Source: a virus. From it: DNA of 37,152 nucleotides. Positions 15,406 through 22,620 of the stretch are shown in pieces. The position numbers were made by a program, and so were the translations under genes. Location of the stretch: the IMG/VR virus record IMGVR_UViG_3300043788_000063; one strand, 5' to 3'. The notes beneath the pieces were generated by a model. The model made no database searches. It was not told the origin of the DNA and saw only the letters and a program-made list of their open reading frames with translations. Within the stretch, counting starts at the first letter, position 1; each line of letters starts with the position of its first letter.

Positions 15406-15488
15406 GGGCGTGTAATCGGGGGAGTCTTCTAAACTCTTAGCCGTAACTGGAATTGAAAATGCGAGTTCGACTCTCGCCACGCCCACCA
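15406..15488 (+). tRNA. Atypical 83-nt tRNA-like gene, possibly tRNA-Arg (anticodon TCT), with a degenerate D-arm and a 23-nt extra region
   Basis: Canonical acceptor GGGCGTG/CACGCCC, A73 and CCA. T-arm GCGAG-TTCGACT-CTCGC. The only 5-bp/7-nt stem-loop is GGAGT-CTTCTAA-ACTCT. Only 8 nt separate the acceptor from the anticodon stem. Confidence 0.35.
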
Positions 15489-15497
15489 ACCTTTTTG

Positions 15498-15573
15498 GGA
15501 GCGTAGCTCAATCCGGCAGAGCACTCGCCTTTTAAGCGAAACGTTGTGGGTTCAACTCCCACCGCTCCCACCA
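15498..15573 (+). tRNA. tRNA-Lys (anticodon TTT), copy 1
   Basis: Acceptor GGGAGCG/CGCTCCC. Anticodon loop CTTTTAA. T-arm GTGGG-TTCAACT-CCCAC. CCA encoded. Confidence 0.8.
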
Positions 15574-15578
15574 AATTT

Positions 15579-15655
15579 TGGGTCGTTACGTCAACTGGTA
15601 GACTACTCGCCTTTTAAGCGATGGAATCTCGGTTCAAATCCGAGGCGACCCACCA
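15579..15655 (+). tRNA. tRNA-Lys (anticodon TTT), copy 2
   Basis: Acceptor GGGTCGT/GCGACCC. Anticodon loop CTTTTAA. T-arm CTCGG-TTCAAAT-CCGAG. CCA encoded. Confidence 0.75.
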
Positions 15656-15664
15656 AACTCTTCC

Positions 15665-15931
15665 CTAAACCTCAATGCAGATACCCCAAATGCCGGAGTG
15701 TTCTTCAAAGCAATCCTTACAGTCACAGCACCTAAATGCCGTCATTTCGTCGGCGTTGATGTACTTGAATGGGCCTTTGCTTATGTGCCACCCACGCTTC
15801 CGCCCGCAGACCTCGCACGTGTAGAGTCCACGCTTAAGCCCCCGCCTCAGCTTCTCTTCTTGGTCAAGTTCCCTGACCTCACGGGCGATTATGCGGTTCA
15901 ACGCTTGCAGTTTTTTGGGTAGGTTTTTCAT
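15665..15931 (-). CDS. Small HNH-like zinc-finger protein (88 aa), distal gene of the minus-strand cassette
   Basis: CEVCGRKRGWHISKGPFKYINADEMTAFRCCDCKDCFEEH fits a CxxC..H..N..CxxC..H pattern. The ATGA overlap (15928-15931) couples it to the upstream gene. Confidence 0.45.
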   Translation of the reverse strand: MKNLPKKLQALNRIIAREVRELDQEEKLRRGLKRGLYTCEVCGRKRGWHISKGPFKYINADEMTAFRCCDCKDCFEEHSGIWGICIEV

Positions 15932-16203
15932 TCCAGACCTCCAATGTTCAGGTCCTTCAGGAACTTCTTATCCGCCTCAGTCACCTTCGGAGGATCATTG
16001 AACACCCAGCGGTTCGGGGACACTTCCACTTTCATGTCCGAAGTCGCGACCAGTGTTTTGTCGCAGGCTTCAATCAGAAGAAACATGGTCACGGCATCAA
16101 GCATCTTTGACAAATGCTTAGCGCTTACAGGTATGAAGGTTTCGCTATGGAGCTTGCCCTCGGTCTCATCGCCTTCTTGTGCAACTTTAATGGTGATTTT
16201 CAT
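15928..16203 (-). CDS. Hypothetical protein (91 aa), first gene of the minus-strand cassette
   Basis: GGAGG is 7 nt upstream of the ATG on the minus strand. Confidence 0.5.
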   Translation of the reverse strand: MKITIKVAQEGDETEGKLHSETFIPVSAKHLSKMLDAVTMFLLIEACDKTLVATSDMKVEVSPNRWVFNDPPKVTEADKKFLKDLNIGGLE

Positions 16204-16308
16204 TTTGTGACCTCCCAGTCACCGCATCGCCTTGGATGGCATCCACCGTGGCCTCTCGGCTCGGTTGGCGAACCCGCGCTTGGCGGATTCCTTCTTGATG
16301 CTTTGTAT

Positions 16309-16337
16309 ATGATACCGCAAAATCAGGATTTTGTCAA
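16309..16337 (-). promoter_or_regulatory. Minus-strand sigma70-like promoter TTGACA-N17-TATCAT
   Basis: The reverse complement of 16309-16337 reads TTGACAaaatcctgattttgcggTATCAT, ~105 nt upstream of the minus-strand ATG at 16203. Confidence 0.5.
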
Positions 16338-16397
16338 CCCCTAATAATCCCCTCGGCATTTCCAGCCTCTACCTGAATCCTCAGTGAGGAGACTCTT

Positions 16398-17135
16398 ATG
16401 AACCTGAGACTCGGAAAGAAAGCTGCAAAATTCAACCCCTACGCCCTCCGCATGTCGCACTACGTGGACACGGCTTACGTCCCGCCCCCGTTCTCGGACA
16501 ACACACCCCACGGCTTTGACGCTTGGGGAGTTATGATGAACGACACGCTTGGCGATTGCACTATCGCCGCCTGCGGTCATGCGCTCCAGGTCTTCACTGG
16601 CGGCAAGATTACCGAATCTGACTCGGTCATTGAGTCTTACTACTCAAAGTGGTGCGGCTACGTTCCCGGCAATCCGGCAACCGACAACGGCGGCGTTGAG
16701 CTTGATGTCCTCAACGACTGGAAGTCCCAGAGCTTTGACGGGCATGTCCTTGAGGGCTTCGTTCAGCCTCAGCCCCAGAATCTCTCGCACGTCATGCACT
16801 CCATCGCGGAGTTCGGTGGCGTGTACATCGGATTCCAAGTTCCCGTGTCCGCGATGACCCAGTTTCAGAACGGTCAGGTCTGGGACGTTGTGGCAAACGA
16901 CGGCGGAATCGCTGGCGGTCACGCAGTGTTCTGCCCGGCGTATCACACGATGGACCCGACCTACAACAAGGAAACCACGATCACCTGCATCACGTGGGGA
17001 CAGAAGCAGAAGATGACCATACCCTTCTGGGAGAAGTATTGTGACGAAAGCCACACGCTTCTCGCCGCCGCGTGGCAGCCTGCCGGGGTGAACCTCGCCA
17101 AGCTCCGTGCCGACCTCGCCTACATGGCGGGATGA
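16398..17135 (+). CDS. Hypothetical protein (245 aa), possibly a papain-fold Cys/His hydrolase
   Basis: RBS GAGGAG upstream. GDCTIAACGHAL and GGIAGGHAVFCPAY suggest Cys/His catalytic residues; this is tentative. Confidence 0.5.
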   Translation: MNLRLGKKAAKFNPYALRMSHYVDTAYVPPPFSDNTPHGFDAWGVMMNDTLGDCTIAACGHALQVFTGGKITESDSVIESYYSKWCGYVPGNPATDNGGVELDVLNDWKSQSFDGHVLEGFVQPQPQNLSHVMHSIAEFGGVYIGFQVPVSAMTQFQNGQVWDVVANDGGIAGGHAVFCPAYHTMDPTYNKETTITCITWGQKQKMTIPFWEKYCDESHTLLAAAWQPAGVNLAKLRADLAYMAG

Positions 17136-17443
17136 TGAAATACGGACTGGAACACGGGGTGCTCTTTATCGCCTGCGCCGCGCTTGCATGTTGCGCCTTC
17201 GCTGACGGCTGGAGCACCCATCTTTTTCTCAGCCACGGGGGAAGCGAGAAGGACCCGCTGTTCGGACTTCACCCGTCCCAGTGGCGCATGTGGCTGGAAG
17301 GCACCACGATCATCACAGCAGAAATCCTGCTGGCGTGGAAAGCTTCGTTGAAGATGCGGTGGACTGCTTGGTTATTCGCCACGGCGTTCTTGGTTCAAGC
17401 TGCGATTCACCTATTTTTCTACTTCACAAATCCCCTGCCTTGA
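17132..17443 (+). CDS. Small integral membrane protein (103 aa)
   Basis: ATGATGA overlap with the upstream stop. Two to three predicted TM helices. Confidence 0.5.
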   Translation: MMKYGLEHGVLFIACAALACCAFADGWSTHLFLSHGGSEKDPLFGLHPSQWRMWLEGTTIITAEILLAWKASLKMRWTAWLFATAFLVQAAIHLFFYFTNPLP

Positions 17444-17474
17444 ATATCTTCCCGATGTAGTGCATACTTGGGTC

Positions 17475-18761
17475 ATGAAGAAAGAGATGACCCTCCTCGG
17501 TCTGATCGCCGCCACGTACTTCATGGTGTCGGGCGGGCCTTACGGACTTGAAGACCTCATAGCTGAAACTGGCTACGGGCTGGGCATCCTCATCCTGATC
17601 CTCGTGCCCGTTCTCTGGGCGATGCCGACAGCGCTGATGGTCGGTGAGCTTGCTTCTGCAATCCCCGACAACGGCGGTTTTTACGTCTGGGTCAAGCGTG
17701 GGCTAGGAAGGTTCTGGGGATTTCAAGAGGCTTGGCAAACGCTCGCCTCGTCCGTGTTTGACATGGGCTTGTACCCCCTCCTTTTTGTCAGCTACCTCGG
17801 CACCCTAGCCCCCAATCTAATCGCGGGATGGCACGGTCCAGCCATCGGTACCGCCCTCGTCGCAGCCTGCCTCGGATGGAATATGAGAGGCGCAAAGGCT
17901 GTGGGTGATGGTTCGGTAGGCTTCGGGGCGCTGATGGTCTCTCCGTTCGCCGTACTCGCAGCAATGGGCATCTGGCACGCCCATCGTGATGCCGTGACGA
18001 TAGCGGCACAGCATCACCCGCACCCGGCGCTGGTCGCCGGGATTTTGGTCGCCATGTGGAACTACATGGGGTGGGATAATGCCAGCACCATTGCTACCGA
18101 AGTTGAGAACCCCCGCCGCACATACCCCCTCGCCATGTTCTGGACGATGGTCGCCATCGTCGCTACCTACATCATCCCTGTCGTGGCGGCATGGCGCTTT
18201 GGCATCCCGCTGTCCGCATGGTCAACCGGAAGCTGGGCGACAATCGGTGGAGCCATCGCAGGCCCGCTGATTCGTGACGCGATCGTCGTCGGCGGCATGA
18301 TCTCGGCCGCGGGACAACTCAACTCCCTGATGATGAGCTACTCCCGCCTGCCGGGCGCACTGGCTGAGGACGGCTTCCTGCCGAAAGTTTTCACGAAGGT
18401 CAACAAGGCTGCCGTGCCGATGATCGCGCTCTTCGCCTTGAGCACCGTTTGGCTGGCTGCCATTGGGCTGAACTTTGACAGGCTAGTCATGCTGGACATC
18501 CTGCTTGCCGGGAGCAGCATCGTGTTGGAGTTCGTCGCACTGGCTGTCCTCCGCTGGAAAGAACCTGATCTTCTGCGTCCGTTTGCTGTGCCTGGTGGCA
18601 AAGTCGGGGTGATCATCTGCGGCATTCTGCCCACGGCGTTGCTGATCGGCGCTGCTATTTTCTGCGATCATGCTGGGGTTGCAATCGGCGTCGGCACGAT
18701 CCTCGCCGGGTTCGTGACTTACTGGGGCGTAAGGACATACGGCCGCATCCACTGTAAGTAG
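17475..18761 (+). CDS. APC-superfamily amino-acid/polyamine permease-like transporter (~429 aa, multi-TM)
   Basis: The N-terminus LIAATYFMVSGGPYGLEDLIAETGYG and the 12-TM hydrophobic profile are typical of APC permeases. The start could alternatively be GTG 17460. Confidence 0.6.
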   Translation: MKKEMTLLGLIAATYFMVSGGPYGLEDLIAETGYGLGILILILVPVLWAMPTALMVGELASAIPDNGGFYVWVKRGLGRFWGFQEAWQTLASSVFDMGLYPLLFVSYLGTLAPNLIAGWHGPAIGTALVAACLGWNMRGAKAVGDGSVGFGALMVSPFAVLAAMGIWHAHRDAVTIAAQHHPHPALVAGILVAMWNYMGWDNASTIATEVENPRRTYPLAMFWTMVAIVATYIIPVVAAWRFGIPLSAWSTGSWATIGGAIAGPLIRDAIVVGGMISAAGQLNSLMMSYSRLPGALAEDGFLPKVFTKVNKAAVPMIALFALSTVWLAAIGLNFDRLVMLDILLAGSSIVLEFVALAVLRWKEPDLLRPFAVPGGKVGVIICGILPTALLIGAAIFCDHAGVAIGVGTILAGFVTYWGVRTYGRIHCK

Positions 18762-18805
18762 TCATTCTCCCCAAGTCGGCTGTATACTATAGGTCTGGAG
18801 GACGT

Positions 18806-20335
18806 GTGACTGCGATCAACCAAAAAGTGAATCATTGGCAACACGGCTCTGGAATTGTGGTTGAGATTTTAGAAGAGTGCGTGAGGGTGGCGTTTGAGTC
18901 AGGGCAAATCAGAAATTTAGCGGAGGACAATCTGACTGACGAAAACGACGATCCCTTGGAGCCACAGCTACGTGTTAACGTAACCACCGTTCCGAAGCCG
19001 ATTCTACCAGCCGTCCCCGAGGGATTTGTTCCCATAGGTCTGCCCGCCCCCGCATCCACCGTCATTCCCGTGGTTCTCAACGGCGACCGCATATCTCTCC
19101 TCGGCAATTGTTTGGAGGTTATGAAAGGTATCCCATCCAAGTCCATCGCATTCATGTTCGTTGGACTCCCCTACGGAGCTACTGAAATGGAGTGGGACAA
19201 GCCGTTCAAGCAAAGAAAATATCTGCGTGCATGGCTCGTGGAGTTTTGGGCGGAAGTCAGACGCATAATGATGGACGGAGGCGTCGTCTGCTGCCAAGCG
19301 GCTGAAACGCTGATCTACGAGAAGAATCGTCCTGTCGGAACTTTCGCCACGGAGTTGAAGAACTCCAATTCGGACAGCTACCTGTACTCCTACATTTGGG
19401 TCAAACAGCAGCCCTCTGACTGGCATGCGGTCAAAAAAGGTGTGCTTCTCCGCCCCCGGCGCAAACACGAAGTGGTCGTCACTTTCTGCATAGGCAGCCG
19501 CACCCCGAGAGTTTTCAATGAGTGGAAGTCAAAGACCAACCCCGTCTCTGGGTATGACAGCGAGGGTCGTGCAACGAATGGAGTCATGTGGGGGCCAAAC
19601 ACAAACAGCAACCACAAAGACAACCCGCTCGGTCTCCGCTACCTTGAAGACGTAATTTACATGTCAACCGACCGATCAACTCGGGATGAAGAAGCCCGAA
19701 GTGAGGAGGGTCTTGAGGAGAAAGCTGACACGCCAAATCCGATAGCGCTGCCTTGGCTGTTTGCAAAAATATACTCCAACGAAAACGAGTGGTGCCTAGA
19801 CCCGACGATGGGAACTGGAACCAGTGTCCTCGCCTTTATCCACGCCGGGCGCAAGGGCATGGGAATAGAGCTTGAAAAGGACACCTTTGAAGGCGCTGAT
19901 CGGGCTATTGCTTCTGCCACGTTTGGTGACGACCGCATAGAACAAGCAGAAGCCTTGCGGACGAATAACTTCTCCGAACCCGCAGCATGGGTGGAGTGCG
20001 CCGTGGAACTGGACCGCCTTCAGACGGAGTTCGACAACCGCATCTTGGTCTTCGTGAAGAGACATTCCGATAAGGGAGAGGGAATAACCAGCACGTACTT
20101 GGCTAAGGAAACAGTCTCCGATGGTCATCAAGTTCGGGGTTGCCTCGCACGCCTAAAAAACGCCGGACTGGTCGTAAGTGTCAAGCAAGAGAAGGGCGCA
20201 AATCTTTGGTATGAGAAGGGCGCAGCGACGACTCTGGCTGGACTACTGTCCGCCCTCTTCAACATTGAGGACGAGGTTGAAACCGAGGCCGTTGTTGAAG
20301 AAACCAAAGCGGATGCGGCCGCTGCCGGAGACTAA
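18806..20335 (+). CDS. DNA methyltransferase (N6-adenine or N4-cytosine; motif IV precedes motif I) with a ~90-aa N-terminal extension
   Basis: LLGNCLEVMKGIPSKSIAFMFVGLPYG matches the motif IV (DPPY-like) region. CLDPTMGTGTSVLAFIHAGRKGMGIELEKDTF matches motif I FxGxG. The start codon is uncertain (GTG 18806). Confidence 0.7.
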   Translation: MTAINQKVNHWQHGSGIVVEILEECVRVAFESGQIRNLAEDNLTDENDDPLEPQLRVNVTTVPKPILPAVPEGFVPIGLPAPASTVIPVVLNGDRISLLGNCLEVMKGIPSKSIAFMFVGLPYGATEMEWDKPFKQRKYLRAWLVEFWAEVRRIMMDGGVVCCQAAETLIYEKNRPVGTFATELKNSNSDSYLYSYIWVKQQPSDWHAVKKGVLLRPRRKHEVVVTFCIGSRTPRVFNEWKSKTNPVSGYDSEGRATNGVMWGPNTNSNHKDNPLGLRYLEDVIYMSTDRSTRDEEARSEEGLEEKADTPNPIALPWLFAKIYSNENEWCLDPTMGTGTSVLAFIHAGRKGMGIELEKDTFEGADRAIASATFGDDRIEQAEALRTNNFSEPAAWVECAVELDRLQTEFDNRILVFVKRHSDKGEGITSTYLAKETVSDGHQVRGCLARLKNAGLVVSVKQEKGANLWYEKGAATTLAGLLSALFNIEDEVETEAVVEETKADAAAAGD

Positions 20336-20354
20336 TTTCCTTGCCCTGTGATTG

Positions 20355-20385
20355 TGGTAGAATCTAGCAGAGAGACACTTCTCTC
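20355..20385 (+). promoter_or_regulatory. Extended -10 promoter (TGgTAGAAT) followed by a 6-bp hairpin in the 5' UTR
   Basis: TGGTAGAAT at 20355-20363. Hairpin GAGAGA-CACT-TCTCTC at 20370-20385. RBS AGGAG follows. Confidence 0.35.
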
Positions 20386-20397
20386 AGGAGAGTATCA

Positions 20398-20661
20398 ATG
20401 TCCAATACCAACGCACTCAAGAACATCATCATCACCACGCTGTTGCTCAACGGCGGCACCACAACGTCAACCACCGTGTACACCGCGGTCGGTTCCGTAT
20501 TCCCGTCCTTGAAGAAGAACTTTGACGACTTGACTTACAACGTCCGGTGGGCACGCATGTCGCTGGCCGAGGCTGGTCTGGTTGAGCAGAGCAAGGTCCG
20601 GGGTGAGTGGTCGCTGACGTCAGCAGGACGCAAGGCTGCACGCGCCCTCTTCACAGCGTAA
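20398..20661 (+). CDS. Stand-alone Mrr-N-like winged-helix protein (87 aa)
   Basis: YNVRWARMSLAEAGLVEQSKVRGEWSLTSAGRKA resembles the Mrr restriction-enzyme N-terminal wHTH domain (IRWAR..L..AGL....RG.W.LT..G). Confidence 0.5.
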   Translation: MSNTNALKNIIITTLLLNGGTTTSTTVYTAVGSVFPSLKKNFDDLTYNVRWARMSLAEAGLVEQSKVRGEWSLTSAGRKAARALFTA

Positions 20662-21576
20662 GCGATCCACGGCGGCGATTCGTTCACCAATCCAACGCAT
20701 GACGGGGACTGCCATTGAGTCCCCGAGTACCTTGTACCTCGCAGAGTCCGTTGCGGTCTTGGTAGGGATAGCGGTGTATCCGGGCGTGAATCCCATCAGC
20801 TTCTCGCACTCTTCTGGTGTGAACCTGCGGGGTTCCTGACCAGGAACGAGCACAGCCTGAGTCTGCGACAGAATCAGAGGGTTGGAGATTCCTTCTCGTT
20901 CTGCGAAGTTTCGTCCTTCTTGGTGGTTGAAGGAGATGATTGACTCGCTACTTTCTCCAGCGCCGTCCGCAGACGTGGGCTGAGCTTCACCTTGTAGCGC
21001 TTGTCCTGTGCCCGGTTCAAGATTCCCTGACAGGCAGCCGGACTCAAAAAGCACTGCGGCGGCAGGTCGCCAGTCTCCAAGATGTCCGACAATGTAGACA
21101 CGACGTCTAATCTGCGGGACTCCGAAATAGCGAGCGTCCAGCACTCTGTAAGAGAACCCATACCCGAGTTGCACCAGCGCCCCGAGGATGGTTCCAAACG
21201 CCCGTCCGGCGTCAACACGCAAGACGTTGGGGACATTTTCCCAAACGATCCATCGGGGTTTTTTGATGTCAGCGAGTCGTAGAAACTCAAGGGCGAGGAT
21301 GCCCCGAGGGTCAGCGAGTCCTTCTCTGACTCCTTGGAGGGAGAAGGATTGGCAAGGGGTGCCTCCGACGAGTAGGTCAATTCGTTCTTGCTTGAAGATT
21401 TCGTTGTCATAAAGTTTGGTCATGTCTCCAAGGTTCGGAACGGTGTAGCGATGAGCCAGCACGTCGTTTGGGAATGCACCGATCTCGGAAAACCAAGCTG
21501 CCTTCCAGCCGAGCGGTTCCCACGCCACGCTGGCTGCTTCTATTCCCGAGCACACACTGCCGAACCGGATACTCAT
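20620..21576 (-). CDS. DNA (cytosine-5)-methyltransferase, orphan (318 aa)
   Basis: Motif I FGSVCSGIEAAS, motif IV GGTPCQSFS, motif VI ENV (IVWENVPNVL). No adjacent restriction endonuclease gene. Confidence 0.85.
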   Translation of the reverse strand: MSIRFGSVCSGIEAASVAWEPLGWKAAWFSEIGAFPNDVLAHRYTVPNLGDMTKLYDNEIFKQERIDLLVGGTPCQSFSLQGVREGLADPRGILALEFLRLADIKKPRWIVWENVPNVLRVDAGRAFGTILGALVQLGYGFSYRVLDARYFGVPQIRRRVYIVGHLGDWRPAAAVLFESGCLSGNLEPGTGQALQGEAQPTSADGAGESSESIISFNHQEGRNFAEREGISNPLILSQTQAVLVPGQEPRRFTPEECEKLMGFTPGYTAIPTKTATDSARYKVLGDSMAVPVMRWIGERIAAVDRLRCEEGACSLASC

Positions 21577-21611
21577 GGCATCTAATACCCATCGTGACTA
21601 CAGAATCCGGT
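21563..21611. promoter_or_regulatory. 8-bp inverted repeat AACCGGAT...ATCCGGTT bracketing the C5-MTase start, in a divergent intergenic region
   Basis: Read directly from the sequence. The minus-strand ATG (CAT at 21574-21576) lies inside the repeat. Confidence 0.4.
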
Positions 21612-21628
21612 TATAGGAGACTCAGACA

Positions 21629-21949
21629 ATGCCTTGCCCAACGTGCGGTGGACCGATGAAGGCCGCTAACGACGAAGCGGATTTTGAACAGGTTGCGGAA
21701 GGTCTGCGCAAGCGCGGATTTACTGCGGACGTTCACGCCTCGGGCGGCGGCATTGACGTGATCCGGGTCGTCCATGGCAGCCACGTCTTCTACTTCGGCA
21801 CCGCAGCCGAGGAGTGGGGCGCTTCCGTGTACGAGAGCGACGACGAAAACCACATCGGCGAAGCTTGGACGGTCGTCTCCTCCAACGAAAAGAATCCCGA
21901 ATTCGTCGCCGACGCAATCGCCCAGACCGTGACGGAATACGAAAGATAA
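21629..21949 (+). CDS. Small protein with an N-terminal zinc ribbon (CPTCGGPM), 106 aa
   Basis: RBS TAGGAG upstream. Divergent from the C5-MTase. Confidence 0.5.
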   Translation: MPCPTCGGPMKAANDEADFEQVAEGLRKRGFTADVHASGGGIDVIRVVHGSHVFYFGTAAEEWGASVYESDDENHIGEAWTVVSSNEKNPEFVADAIAQTVTEYER

Positions 21950-22011
21950 GCCAGAAATACCACGACTTTTCTTCCACTACCGGGTACTATACTTAGAGGA
22001 GTATCCCCTAT

Positions 22012-22533
22012 ATGAAGAAAACCCTATTGTTCTTGGCATTTTCAATCCTCCTGTTCGCAATTCCGACGTTTGCCCAGAAGCATGGTGGCGGTAGCCCCAG
22101 CCATAACAACGGTGGTTCCCACAACAGTGGCGGTGAGCACGGTGGGGGTCAGCGTGGCGGGGAACAGCATGGCAGCCCGCAAGTCCACGGCGGTCCGGTG
22201 CGTGGCGGTGGAGAACAGCACGGCGGCAGCCCGGTAGTACGTGGCGGGGAACAGCATGGTCAAGTTCGTGACCGCTTTGATCACGACCGCTACGGGCACA
22301 ACTTTCACCGTGAAGACTTCGGACGTGACCACTGGGCACGCTTCGGCGACCACGACGGTCGGTGGTACGGCGGACGTAGAGAGTATTTCTTCGGTGGTTT
22401 CTGGTTTGGCAGCTACGGCTGGCCCGCTTGGTTTTACAATTGCCGAACCTATTTCGATCTTGGTCCGGACGGTTTGTGGTACGCGTATTGCTATGATAAC
22501 CCAAGTCTTTACTTCCGAGTCTACATAGACTAA
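22012..22533 (+). CDS. Secreted Gly/His-rich repeat protein with an aromatic-rich C-terminus (173 aa)
   Basis: Signal peptide MKKTLLFLAFSILLFAIPTFAQ. RGGEQHG-type repeats. Strong RBS GAGGAG. Followed by a strong terminator. Confidence 0.6.
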   Translation: MKKTLLFLAFSILLFAIPTFAQKHGGGSPSHNNGGSHNSGGEHGGGQRGGEQHGSPQVHGGPVRGGGEQHGGSPVVRGGEQHGQVRDRFDHDRYGHNFHREDFGRDHWARFGDHDGRWYGGRREYFFGGFWFGSYGWPAWFYNCRTYFDLGPDGLWYAYCYDNPSLYFRVYID

Positions 22534-22555
22534 AGAACCTTCGCGGGGAATGTGA

Positions 22556-22597
22556 GCCGGGGCTTGGGTTCTGACCCAACCCCGGCTTTCTGTTTTT
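22556..22597 (+). terminator. Rho-independent terminator
   Basis: 13-bp stem GCCGGGG(C)TTGGGT/ACCCAACCCCGGC with a 4-nt loop, followed by TTTCTGTTTTT. Confidence 0.8.
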
Positions 22598-22620
22598 GCG
22601 TCGTATTTATAGGGAAGAAC

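Noticed and set aside
18806-20335. Assigning the amino-MTase specifically as N6-adenine versus N4-cytosine, or naming a recognition site
   Set aside because: The motif IV variant GLPYG and motif order cannot distinguish the two, and there is no target-recognition-domain homology that I can evaluate by eye.
21982-21999. A full conserved promoter cassette upstream of the secreted G/H-rich protein
   Set aside because: Only the TATACT -10 and flanking GGTAC are shared. The -35 TGGAC element is absent. It is mentioned as a possible weak relative only.
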